A DNA stretch of 64,000 nucleotides, from the NCBI RefSeq assembly GCF_964204645.1, contig NC_134027.1, positions 22,468,560 to 22,532,559 of the forward strand, written 5' to 3'. Both the position numbers and the translations under genes were made by a program. Below the pieces are notes generated by a model. That model searched no databases, was not told the DNA's origin, and saw only the letters and a program-made list of their open reading frames with translations. Below are positions 1-12,500 of this stretch, in pieces. This DNA comes from Tubulanus polymorphus. Its lineage: Eukaryota; Animalia; Nemertea. The first letter of the stretch is position 1, and each line of letters begins with the position of its first letter.

Positions 1-383
1 TACGTAACACGGGCCATCAGTCAGGCACTTAGTATTCATCGATCCTGAACAGTCTCCATTTTTGCATATCTTGAAATAGCACTCCCACGACAGAACAGCT
101 GAAAATAATCAATGGCGTTACGTGAGATGTTTGATATTTACGTTGCACGTTAAATTCGACTCTAAAAACCAGTTGTCGGTATCTCTTAACCCAGATACAC
201 AGTTTTAGATTTCGACTCTGGGATTTAAGGTTTGCGTTTTGCAGCGTCAGTGGGGGACAGAGGTACGCATGCCCCCCCCCCCCAAAAAAAAGTTTTAGTT
301 TCAACAAAATCCCCCTCAAAAAAAACAGGTGGCGCCGCTCCTGTGCAGGTGTGTTCATTTGAATATGGACTAGTTCCAAAGGT

Positions 384-503
384 GTAGTTCGTTACCTAAT
401 CGTTGGCGGTAAGCTTTTTATAATCGGATGGGCTTATACCGACCAATGTGGTTTGTGAAAATATTCGATCGTGAAACTAACCCACAGACAGGTTACTGAC
501 TAC
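384..503. repeat. Dispersed repeat; inverted copy at 23568-23693, partial copies near 1790-1868 and 13160
   Basis: About 120 bp of near identity in reverse complement. Confidence 0.75.
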
Positions 504-3159
504 AAAAGTGTGAGCTTTCGACGCTGGGTTGTGCTTTCTATTTCACTCTGAACCAGTTCTACGCTGGGCCTATTCCGTGAAATCCGATTCCAGAGTTGTT
601 TCAAATATCTCGCTCCGCGGTAGCCCCTTGTCATTATCTCATTACAAATGAATAATACATCGAACGGTAGCTTCAGTCCATTATAGCTTAAATACGAATA
701 TCGTTATATACGTAATCGAAAGAACACTATACTCGCTATATCAGTATGTGTGCCTAAATACACATTCTATTGGTCATTGGTCATTCTATTATTTGCAAGT
801 CCATGGGTCAAAATAAAGATATACCGGTACATAATGTGTACAAATGAGTGAAGTACGTGTGTAGTCTATAGTTGTAGTTGGCGGAGAATAAATGGAAACC
901 TTTGGTATTTACGAAAATCGTAATCCTTCCAGTCATATCTAGTATTTCTATATCGCTATCTATTTATTAACCGTACCATTAAAACGTCGTCGAAATACGA
1001 ATAAAATTCGAAATCTATTTCACCAGAAATTGGTAGGCGAATTTCGCGAAATTTCGAGTCGCTTTTCGGGCACATTTTTTATTTCAGGCCCGCGTTGTAT
1101 TTCAGTTTCCCTTTCTTTTTATTGGACCCTCGCCCTCTAGAAACGGCAGATCCGACGGTAGAATTAGTTCGGTTGGTTTGAACATTTTTCAAGCCCCGCG
1201 CAATCAATCAGATGCTATATTCGTGCTCTAAGAGTTCGGCATCCCGTCTGGCACAATATTAATTAGAACTAGACGTATATAGCGCGCTGATACCCAGATC
1301 AATAGATACAGATAAACTCATTAATCGGACAGACTTGTGTCGCGAATATATAGAAAAGTGATCGATAATTTATGGGTGTTCCCGACGACGCGCAAGTGAT
1401 TACTTTATGAGCGGTTGGTTTTATTTTAGGCGAAGCTATCATCATCTTATGTATTGATATTTTAAGATAACAGTTACTTGATAGATATCGATCCAGACGA
1501 AAGTCGATGTCTTCGTACTTAACTATACCCACCGGTATAATGGAAGAAAACACTAGGGCTAAATCTTTTCATTGCTTAACTACGGCGAGCCCATTCGATC
1601 AGCCTTTCCGTGAGGTTTAGGCAAGATAGAAATCAGAAATTGTCACCTTTCTAACGATTCCCAAGTGTGAATATTGTGCTAAAAGGGGGATGGACGACAA
1701 TTAATCGTGCTAGAGATCTGTCCAACCATGCGGGACCTCTGGGACCGCCTCAAAATGGCGCCTGGTAACTGGAAACTTCCTTATGTTACGGTCGTTGGAT
1801 AATTTCACAAACTGCAAACCGTATAAGCCAATCCGATTACACGAAATCTTATCGCCAATTGATAAGTTAATTCACTAAGGCGAGGCGAGTTTAAGTTCGA
1901 AAGTTAAAGGGACTGAACCGGTGCGCGACAATGGTGACTCGACATCTAGACCGACTACCTAACATAACGTATATTATACTATATTGCTTAGGGTTTGAAA
2001 ATTTCCGTTGGGCGATATCACGAATCCGAACGGAGAAACAACGTGAATTCGGACTGAGAGAAGAGCGACCAAGAGGCCTCAAGAAGCGTTCGAAGCCTTC
2101 GAAGAAAGTCCTATGTATGATTCATATCACAACTTTTTGTAAAGTATGAAAGTGTATTTTGTGTACTTTTTTGCTAAAATCTCACGTGTTGAATGTTGAA
2201 ATTTTCCATTCAACTTTTAGAAATTAATGCAGGATTTAACGGTCGATGATGAATTCAGAATATATTTTCAAATTTATTGTGAAAGCGTGAGCTCGTTTCG
2301 ATGACCCATTGCTACTACATATTCGTTTAAATTCGTTAATCTGTGCGTCTATAAATACCAACTTTGATTATTATCTTACCTGGTACGAACAGAGCTAAAG
2401 CCAACACGACACAAACTGGAGAAATATACTTCATTTTGACGATATTGTGATACTGTATATAAAATGTCCTCCGAACAACTCCCACATAAGGTCCTTGCGC
2501 ACAACCTATCTAGAGAAAGCACCTTGCTCGGACAAGATTGTCCTATACGCCTTTGTTATCGCGAACAATCCCTATTCAGGCATTGGCTAGTCGCGCAAGT
2601 CCACCCGGTTAGTGTCCACGTATAGTCAGTCGGCTATATGCACATGCATATATAGTTACGCTACTTTAAATGCTACTTGCATACCTTAAACCAGTGCGCG
2701 CCTCTTGGCGACAGCTGCTAACGCAAAACTAGAGATGAAAAATACATATTGAGAATTTGTCGTTTATGCGAATAATTTCATACATGTATATCATATATAC
2801 ATTGATTGTAGGTAAAAATGCCACCGGTTATGCCACCATTATATTATGTGTAGTTAGTTCATCGAGCCCATCTGTACCACACCGCATTTCGCTGGCTTTA
2901 TGGTTATTCAAACTACAATTATGCACATTTACAATACGTTGGAAGTTTCAAAGAGTATTTTTAGAAATAATATATTCGTTCATCAAAAATGTATGCATGT
3001 ATAAAAGAGGCTGCCACAAAAGTCAACGTGTTTTCTAATATGTATGCAACGTATTTAGTGAGTCGAGAAGATACACGCTATCCGTGTAAAATGGATGACG
3101 AGAGAAGTCCCACAATGATTCCGAGGTGAACAATTCTTGAATAGAAAGGAATTTTTAAT

Positions 3160-3205
3160 GAGCAACGTTTCGGCTAAAGTAACGCTATTAGCCATCATCA
3201 GGCGT
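3160..3205 (-). ncRNA. Minimal type-I hammerhead ribozyme-like motif
   Basis: The minus strand reads acgc CUGAUGA u GGCUAA-loop-UUAGCC GAAA CGUU gc. Confidence 0.55.
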
Positions 3206-3226
3206 ACTGGTGATGACACACGCCTG

Positions 3227-3364
3227 GGGCCGGTTGCATAGTCATTGCTTAGACTTAAGACCAGTCTAAGAGCAACTTGGTTCTATAGCCAATCTAACAA
3301 CATTAGACCAGTCTTAAGATTAAAGACCACTTTTTGACTTAAGTCACGACTGTGCAACTGGCCC
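3227..3364. mobile_element. PIF/Harbinger-type MITE
   Basis: TIRs GGGCCGGTTGCATAGTC / GACTGTGCAACTGGCCC with a 3-bp CTG TSD. Confidence 0.75.
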
Positions 3365-3559
3365 CTGATCGCTAATAGTATTTAGGCGAAACGTTGCTCA
3401 TAATAAATTCACTTCTATTCAATAATTTTTCATCTTGGACTGAATCATTTTGGGATTTATCTCGTCGACGCATTCAGTATAACGAGTAAATGCCGATGGA
3501 TGTTAAATTTTCATTCACCAAGACTGAAGAAATTTTTCTGTGCTATCCCCAAAATCACT

Positions 3560-3890
3560 AGTCTTCTATAAATCTAACGGTTTAATTATGTAGTATAAAC
3601 ATTTCCTATATTGGAAAAACTAAACGACACTTGACCGTGAAGGTTAAGGAAAGCATTATATTGATACGCGTTTGTTTGACAAACTCAAAAGGAAAATGGA
3701 TCAAACTGTTAAATGGACAGCACCTCGCAATTTGTCACACTTGTGAACAGGAATTCAGTGACAACAAATTCAAAATTTCAGACAAAGGCTCTTGTGATCT
3801 AGATTGTAAAATTAGGGAGGCCCTGCAGTTTATTAAAGCACAACGGCCCTCATTAAATCATGGACTCTAAAACGAATTCGTTTACTGTCA
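3560..3890 (+). mobile_element. Degenerate Penelope-like element, GIY-YIG endonuclease fragment
   Basis: YIGKTKRHLTVKVKE starts at 3607, followed by ...HLAICHTC...FKI...KIREALQFIKAQRPSLN, typical of the PLE GIY-YIG C-terminus. Stops upstream. Confidence 0.75.
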
Positions 3891-5075
3891 TTAAATCAAT
3901 AGAGTGTTAAGCGTGTCAGTTTTACTCTAAACCTTCGTTCCCGAAATTAGGGATGTAGCCGTTAAGTAAAGAATAGTCTGCACCAGTCCACACATTATGT
4001 AGTGAGATCAACACTCATTGGTCCGTTGAGAGTCTGAATCTTATGATTTAAACTTTCGATGAACAAATTTCGTTTTTCAATTGCTTGAATTTTAAATATT
4101 GCTTTTTTCTTTTATTTCAATTTAAAGGAAGTTAATTGTTAGTCATATAATAGACCAATAATATAATTTCAATCCATTATAAAAACAGGTAGATATTAAT
4201 TTTACCCGACATCCATTAACCGCATATGCTGGTAATATCTCTGCGACTCATTAGAATATTCAATTGATGTCGAAGCATACTAATTATTTGCCCAGCATGA
4301 GTTACATGTACCTAATTTACATACGTGGTGAATCATTATTAGTAAAGATAAAGACTACATATCCGATGTATATATAGCCTACGAGCAGTGTTAAAAAGAC
4401 TTTGCTATCGTTAAAATTCGTTTTACACATTTAAGCCCAAACCATTTAATGCAAGAAGGAAACACGCACGGAAACATGAGACGGAAAAATGTTTCCGAAA
4501 GTTTTCCTGATCTGTCGTGTGCATTTAAACGAGAAACATGGTTTCGGGAACAACATTTCCAACAGGAACAAAACGAGTTTCGGTTTTTTTTAATGAAATA
4601 AACATATATCAAGCCCCCGATAAATCGACCGCATCGGTGATTCAAGACGTTGGCGGTATAAAGAATAAGGCGGTTTATGAGGGGTTAATTCTGACACAAG
4701 TTCGGAGATGAAATAATCGTGTTTCGCTTTCCGGGAGAATCATTTTAGAATTAATTTCAGCGATAATTTCTTGCAAAGCGATCCGGGACATAACTCGACA
4801 TCATCGCTCTAGCCATGGCCCCAACCGAGATATCGAATCTTACGAATCTTAACGAATTAATGATCGAACAAATGAAAAGAAGAAATTGCAGACGTTTTTA
4901 TCATAAATTTTCTATTGTACAACGAACATTACGTATATGTACGTAAACAAACGACAGGAAGCACTTAACCATAATCTCATCTAAAACCATGTAATTATTG
5001 TCAAGAAAATTACGATGAAAAAACTGTCAAAACAATGTGACCATTCGCTAAGAGGCTTTTCATATTGCTGAGCCA

Positions 5076-5389
5076 TGCACGTACGAATGTAGGAAAAATG
5101 GCCAAGGAAAAAATGGCCGGGAAAAAATGGCCAAAAAATTTACCTAAACTAATTCAGGAATTGGTCTAATAATCTCAAAAAGTGACATGCCAAAACATCG
5201 GAAAAGATCAATGCAATTGATTTCGTGTTAGTTAATAAAATGACAGTCAGTTTTCCATTTAATCTTCCTTGGCCTTTTTTTTTCCGTGGCCATTTTTTCC
5301 TTGACCATTTTTTCCTAGGCAAATACCTTGGCCATTCTATCCTTGGCCATTTTTTCCTTGGCCATTTTTTTCCGTTCACCGTACGTACA
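5076..5389. mobile_element. Foldback/MITE-like element with 15-bp subterminal repeats (GGAAAAAATGGCCAA) in inverted orientation
   Basis: Left units ggaaaaaatggcc face right units ggccattttttcc; the ends are cgtacg-containing inverted sequences. Confidence 0.7.
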
Positions 5390-5874
5390 TGAAAACAACC
5401 ACTGTTCTGTGGGGGTAAAAGCTGGCCATGTAAACAAAAAAAAAATCTTATACAGTACAGCCCGCTCGAGTCGGACCTTTCGGGACCAGGACTGTGGAAA
5501 AACTTTTCCACCATTTGACTGATATCCATATCAGGCATATATAGATATACATAGACTAACGATTGGTTAAGACAGCGCGAGGTTGAGAAATTGCAATATA
5601 TCTTAAATGAAAGAATTAACTTATAAATGCACTAACGGTGACTCATTGTTTTTAAAAAGAAAATAAACAAAACTTTAAAACATTTGTATCAAAACTCATA
5701 CAAATAGTACACATTTTTTACATTGTCCAGAAATTTACAATGTATCGATACATTTTATCATAATAATACATTTACATTTTTATTTACAGAAAAGCAGGCA
5801 AAAGGAATGATGTCGTTTTTTACTATGTTCAGAAGTCTCATTCGAATAGGAGTCTGTATAACTTTACCGAAATA

Positions 5875-5973
5875 CAGTGGAACCTTGATACAATTTCACG
5901 CAAATATGTTTGATAAAATCCATTATATCCGATGAATCGTTATATCCGAGTTTGTTGTAACGAGGTTACACTA
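5875..5973. mobile_element. Tc1/mariner (Tigger/pogo-like) MITE
   Basis: TA|CAGTGGAACCTTGATACAA ... TTGTAACGAGGTTACACTA|TA. Confidence 0.55.
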
Positions 5974-6133
5974 TACTGAAGAACAGTTTAGTTGTCGCTC
6001 CATAAAGCATAAATTGATGAAGGGCCATGCTTTATGGTTACAAGTTTTTAACTTCTCTTGGTATCCATCGACTTATATTACATTACCATATTATTATCTG
6101 TAATTTTCTAATGTAATTTAATTCGTAAATAAA

Positions 6134-6134
<1 letters not shown>

Positions 6135-6182
<48 letters not shown>
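6135..6182. repeat. (AAT)n microsatellite
   Basis: About 16 perfect units, preceded by aataaa; possibly a retroposon tail. Confidence 0.9.
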
Positions 6183-6184
<2 letters not shown>

Positions 6185-7201
6185 ACTGACTAGAATTTCA
6201 AATGACTCCTGAACCTGAGACATTGTGAGACTCTGCTACGTTCCTCCCTCATAGGGATTTGAACCTGATGGCGCCGTGAGACTCTGCCACGTTCTTCCTT
6301 CAGAGGGATTCCACCTCATGGTATCATGATACTTTGTCTTGATCTGCTAGGTAGAGGTGGGTAGAATTGTACATAGGAATGAGGTAACCGTAAGCCATCT
6401 ACATCATTAGTAGTGAGACTCGATCAACAGTAAGCACTTTCCAGCGTTAATGGTGCAGAGAAAGTAGCAATTTTAGTGAATTGCACAATGTGTAACTGCT
6501 CATCATTTCTCACACTGTAACGATAACCTATGTTCAAATTATTTATGCACTTGGACATATCGAATATTGCCCAGAAAAGTGATTTACTTGATTCGTGATT
6601 ATCTGATCGACACTTCGTATCACAATTACGAATGCTGTGACAAAGTTTTTTCAGATGGCTTGTACATTGTAACGCAAAAAGTATTTCTTTTCAGCACATT
6701 TTTGTGAAAAGTAAACAAAAATCAGAGCCTTTGAATATCATCAAATTTTCAAAAGCAGTACTACGTGGACTGGCTTCAGGGTCCCTACAGATTAGTCACT
6801 CCTGGATATAAGGAGTGTTCAAGGAGTTTTAAAAGGTCCCGTTTACAGTAGTCTCCTCCTGCAATTCGCTGGTTTTGAAAGCTAATCTTTATCCTTTACA
6901 CTACTAAACTTGGTTACTAATTCAGTAACCGCCTAATTGGTTAAAAAATAAATCCTGGTCGCAACTGTACCGATTCAGGCGTAGACTACTGTAAATTTCA
7001 AATTGCCTATTTCTTAAAATTGAAAGGGTTTTAAAAGAGTTTCAGGCATTTTGCTCAAATCAAAGGAGTTTCAAGCGCCTTTAAATGCATTTTTCTGGAT
7101 AGAAGGAGTTTTCTTCAAAGAACGAAGGAGTCATAGGGACCCTGGGTGCGCTAAAACTATCGGGTTCAAATCGAGTAAATCATCGTCACGTTCCCTCTAT
7201 A

Positions 7202-7744
7202 TCAGCAAAGTTCTTCGAACGACAGATTATTTCCGTGTTTCGTCGTCGTCGTCGTCGCAGGATTGCCGGTGCGCGCGCCGTTCTCCATCATATCGCCGCA
7301 CCGATTCAACGACGAATTCAAAACGTCCGCAGTCGGCGCGGCGAGCTCGTCGGCGACGACGACGCGCTCGAGTCCGGCGAGCTCGACGTACGACGTCGCG
7401 AAGCCGTCGTTGTCGAACCGGTTGTGTCCCGGCGTCGGCGGCGTCTCCGTCAAGCCAGCCAAACCGGTTTTGTCGTCGCGACGGTCGTTCAAACCGGCCG
7501 ACGGTTTCACGATGCTGTGCAGCGTTAGATGGTGCCGTTGCAGCGAGATCTTGTTCGCGAAACACTGACCGCAGATGTGACACGAGAACGGCTTCTCGCC
7601 GAGGTGGCTTTGTAAATGTCGGTGCAACGCGTTCGATTGTTTGAAGCGTTGCGGACACATCGAGCACTGATACGGCCGGTGGCCGGTGTGTATGCGCATG
7701 TGAGTATTCAGATGAGACGACTGAGTGAACTGTTTCAAACATAC
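7202..7744 (-). CDS. Zinc-finger gene, last coding exon (end of finger 2, fingers 3-4, C-terminal tail)
   Basis: Acceptor ttttcctag|GTA TGT TTG at 7745-7746; TGA stop at 7202-7204; C2H2 motifs present. Confidence 0.93.
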   Translation of the reverse strand, partial: VCLKQFTQSSHLNTHMRIHTGHRPYQCSMCPQRFKQSNALHRHLQSHLGEKPFSCHICGQCFANKISLQRHHLTLHSIVKPSAGLNDRRDDKTGLAGLTETPPTPGHNRFDNDGFATSYVELAGLERVVVADELAAPTADVLNSSLNRCGDMMENGARTGNPATTTTTKHGNNLSFEELC

Positions 7745-9495
7745 CTAGGAAAACAAATACAGAATGAATCAGATGGCCATGTTTGCGCTAGGTTTTAACT
7801 CTTTCAGGGCCCGGTTTCATAAAAAAGTTTAACTCGAATTTTTGGTGTAATTGCCATTGGTTACTTCATGTATTCAAAGAGGACAATTCAAACTTTTTCG
7901 TGAAACTGGACGCAGTGCTGACTGATTAATACCCAAAAGCACTGGATATAACTTGAGCACCCCAACGTGTTGAATAACGGGCATACCACTTGAGTGTGTT
8001 TACACCGGTGTATCATTAGTTACTAATACCACACTATGTTAAACAGGTGCAGCCATATTTCAATAGAGATAAAAACTAATCACTAATAACATCAATACAC
8101 CACACTGCGGTGTAGACACATCCATGGTTTAGAAAGACCAGGGCATGCTCGACTCAATTACGTCTGACAGGATTTGAAGGATAGTCTACAATGAATAAGT
8201 TTCAAAGTCTACTATAGGCAAGGCATCAAAATCTAGTCTGGCGCATGCAAGGCTATAACGATTTAGAATCTGGCATAAGAACGAATTCAAAATCTTGGGC
8301 CTTGACGGTCTGCAATGTGCTTGCCTTCAAAAGTCTAGGACACAAAACTTAAAAGTGCCTTCTTGTATGTGCTTGGCTTCAACGTGACTGTCTTAAATAA
8401 TTGGCATGAAATCCAAAAATTTGGGTCTAAGACTGTCAAGGTATTAAAAGTCTGGATCCAGTTGCACATGGGAGATGGGCCTGGTTTTATAGACTGGTAT
8501 TACCTTAAACCTGGGGGCTAACTCAATTGATTCAGCTCCATGCCTTTTAACTCAATTAAAAACGAATGAGTTAGCATAACATAGCAAACATAACACACAA
8601 CATAATGCCCTGGCTTTATGTCTACAGCGTGGTACAATTTCAATTTGACAGCGTTGAGTTAAAATAAATTCATTTTCAATGTTTCAACTTGAGGCAACTT
8701 ATAATATAATAATAATATAATATGTGTCTTATATAGCGCTAAATCCAGCCAGGCTGCTCAGAGCACTTTACATTTTTCGATATTATTACCCCGGCCAATT
8801 TTATACTCTAACATGTATCAGTCATCTCTCCCTGGGGAGAAGTAACACCGAGCTGCTAACAAACGCTCAGGAGTCATCTATCAGGCCAGGTACCTATTTA
8901 CTCCTCGGTGGAGAGAGGCAATGAGGATAAGTGTCTTGCCCGAGGACACTACGGCAATGTACGGGGTTCGAACCCACGACCTGGCTTCCCAGAAACGAAC
9001 GCTCTAATCGCTCGGCCACACCGCTCCACTTAAACTCAGAACAGAGGAACTTGATCCAGTGATATAGAAATAGACACACGTAAGCCGCTGCAAACGAAAC
9101 GAAAACATAATACATTACCTCACATCTATAGGGGCGTTCGCCCGTGTGCACTCTGATGTGTTTTTGTTGATGAGCTTTCTGCGTGAAACGTTTCGGGCAG
9201 AATTCGCACGTGAACGGGCGCACGACGTCGATACCGACGACTTTGGTCGACATCGTCGGCGGCGACGACTTGGTCGGCGATGACGACGACTGCATCGACG
9301 CGCGGGTCATCTGACTGACGAATTCTTCGGCTGAAAAAAAAATGTTCGTATTTTACGGGTGATTACGGTTTCGTGAATAGGCGCCGATTTTTCGGGTCAA
9401 CCCCAAACCGAATACCGAAGAACGGCGCAAGACGAATTTCAAGAAACAAATTCAGTCGACGGTTTTAACAAGTAATAGTTGTAGTAGTAGTAGTA

Positions 9496-9554
<59 letters not shown>

Positions 9555-12500
9555 TAGATGCATGAGCCAATTGGCCCTTTCATCCTCATTGTCCTCTTCG
9601 TGTCTTAATACATTCAGTTGACCTTGTTAAGTTGAATGTGTGTCATACAAAGTAACACATTCAGTCGACTGTCGTACCAAGGAACATATTTAGTCCACTG
9701 TAAAAGCCAGGAATACATTCAGTCGGGTGTTATACCTGGTAATACATTCGGTCGACTGTATGAGTTCTACGGTAATAACAGGTAACACATTCAGTCGAGC
9801 AGACGAGAAGATACACAATATCCGTGTATGATGATGACGAGAGAAATCCCACATCAGTACGCCTGATGATGGCTAACACTTGTTAGCCGAAACGTCGCTC
9901 CTCAAATACAATCACTCTGATATAGAATTTTTCAATCTTGGCTTCGTTATTGTGGGATTTCTCTCGTCATTCAGTCGAGCATATTAAGTGTATGTAATAC
10001 CCAAGTCGACAGTATGTAATACCAAGTAGTACATTCAGTCAACTGTATGTAAACCGTAATACTAAGTCATACATTCTGTTCACTGTATGTGACATACTGT
10101 AATAACGGTATGTTATACCAAGAAATACATTCAGTCAACTGTGTGTAAACTGAAATACTAAGTAACACATTCAGTCGCCCATATGAAGTTGACAGTATCT
10201 AATACCAAACAAGGAGCCTATCGGCTTATACAGCTCCGCTGTGTGATTTGAAGGAATAGAAGCTGCATACCTAGGGGTGCCCCTTTTGGCCAAATCCAAA
10301 AAAGGCTCTGTACTTTGTAGGTATTGGTCCATAGAACATTCATACCAAATCTGGACTTGATCTGATTAAAACTGTAGGACTAGTAGCGATTTGAAGAAAA
10401 AGTTGACAGACGCACGAACAAATGAACGGACGAACGGACGGACGATGATGGCTCACCCCCTAACCCATTAGCTTCGGTCACAGCGGAGCTAAAAATTCAG
10501 TCAACTGTATGTCGACTGTAATATCAAGTATGTCAACTGTAATATCAAGTAATGCATTATGTCGGCTGTATGTGGCAAACTGTAATAACGACTAAAAGAT
10601 TCAGACGACTGTTATATCGAGTGGGCCAATTACATCCAGGCAGTCAACTGTGAGTCGACTCTAATAATACCGATTCACTAATTTAGTCGACGGTAATTTT
10701 TAGTCAACCATAGAGAGCATCTACGTGTCGTAATACTTTCACTCATCTGTAATAATCGTAATACCGAGTAAAGCCTAACAGGCAGATACGGTAATACTCA
10801 CACGAAGGCACGGCTGATGGAAAATCAGAGAATTTCATCCAATGCGGAATCACTTGGTGCAATTCGGATATTTCTTGTTTCACTTGGAAATTGCACAAAG
10901 CAGCAGATCTATCCAAGTTACAAGACGGTGGGTATTGAATCAACCGCTGCTGCTGATGCCGCTGCTGCTGCTGCTGCTGACCTGTGTCGTGATCGGTTAT
11001 GTAATCTCGCGTATCCGTGGTTGCAGATGCGTTTGTATCTGTGGCAGATGCATTCCCCAGATGCGACTTATCATTGTAACCATCGTCAGAGTGAACCCTG
11101 ACTGGCAAACGCTTCCTTCGAGAACCCTGAATAATAAAAGACATACACGTATTTGAAGTCGTTCTTACCGCTATTTCAAGGGCCTATTTCTCTACTATGA
11201 CACAGTATCGATTCGCTGCCTAGATTTATGCTCCTTCCAAGATTATTTGATGCCTTACCCAACAACATTCTTTCAATAAATTTTCACTATGTTTACTTTC
11301 CACCGCTTAAATCAAACTAACTTTTTTGCAACTGGCCCCTGGAGTTCATCATCAATTGAAATAGAACTAAAGAACACCACCGACTTCAAATGTGTTCATG
11401 ACTTCACTGAAGACATTTTTTATTGAAAATGAACTAAAACACCAGACATCGGACATTTTGTCCACACACTTTCAAAAAGTTACCCTCCAGACTTCTTGCT
11501 GCAATGGTAAGTATCTGAAAGAGGATTTTTCAGGCAGCAGATATATGGACGAGTGTGAATTGAACTCATATGTTAGTATCATTCGCCACGATAGCACGAG
11601 TGTCGGACCAGGCCCGAGCCTATCGATCTCATTTAGCCCATAAGCCTATATTTCATTGAAATATATGCGCTATCTTGAATCAAGTGAGATATCCCGGGAA
11701 CTAGCGGTATATGTGAAAATAATCGGCACATTATAAAATTTTCTCTGAAAACAATCATGTTTTCCGAGATCTCTAAGTTTCTCACCTTTAAGTTACTTTC
11801 ATTCGAGCTGTCATGATTTCCCTCGAAATCTTCCTCATCTGAAACATAGAAAACAGTTCATGAGGTGCGGATCCAACGTGGTCTCGTGGGCCTTTTGAGT
11901 TTCCCTATCCGAATGAACTCTTAACATTTTACTGCCTTATAATAAATACTACATGGAAACTTATAACACACTTTTCTTGTATAATTGTTAGGATAAGGAA
12001 ACGTTTTGGTAGGGAATTAATAACCTGATATTTTGCTAGTTGATCTTTGAGTTTGCCATCTCAACCAGGTCACTTCGTCGGCTGCCGCGACAAACTTATC
12101 TAGTAATTCCGAATGTTTTTCCAAACAGCGAAACAACTGCTCCTCGGTGACCTCTGCAAAAACAAAACCATTACGAAATCAGATTCATGTAACATACCCT
12201 TCAACCCCTTCTAAGGGATCATTCATTTATTACGTACGCATTAGGGGAGGGGGAGCTGGGTCAGTGCAATTGCGTACTATAATGCTTAATGTATATGAAA
12301 AAATGGCTGATTTTGCGTACAGAGGGGGAGGGGGGGTTGGATTAGTAGAATTTCATGCGTACGTAATAGATGAATGATCCCCAATCCAGATCAAAACCCT
12401 AATCTTAACACATTTGCTGCCGAAACACTCCAAAACATACACAAAATGTAGCAGAAAAACAGGTTTCAACCATTCCATTAAGAAGTGAACTATAGTCACT

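Larger units (their letters stand above)
3063..3466. mobile_element. Short Penelope-type inverted-repeat element with hammerhead cores, interrupted by a MITE
   Basis: Arms at about 3096-3205 and 3220-3466 are reverse complements. The element shares gagaagatacac..tatccgtgta..gatgacgagagaa.tcccaca with the copy at 9802. Confidence 0.6.
9600..10720. repeat. Degenerate intronic minisatellite, core gtaa(t/c)acattcagtc(g/a)actgt
   Basis: More than a dozen variant copies at 30-50 bp spacing, interrupted by two insertions. Confidence 0.75.

Noticed and set aside
5149-5538. ORF with RKKWP repeats
   Set aside because: Translation of the 15-bp subterminal repeats of a foldback element.
7051-7798. Plus-strand and alternative-frame Arg-rich ORFs
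   Set aside because: Antisense or shifted shadows of the GC-rich zinc-finger exon.
8955-9028. tRNA gene
   Set aside because: A and B boxes are present but there is no complete cloverleaf, and the sequence continues into a SINE core and tail.
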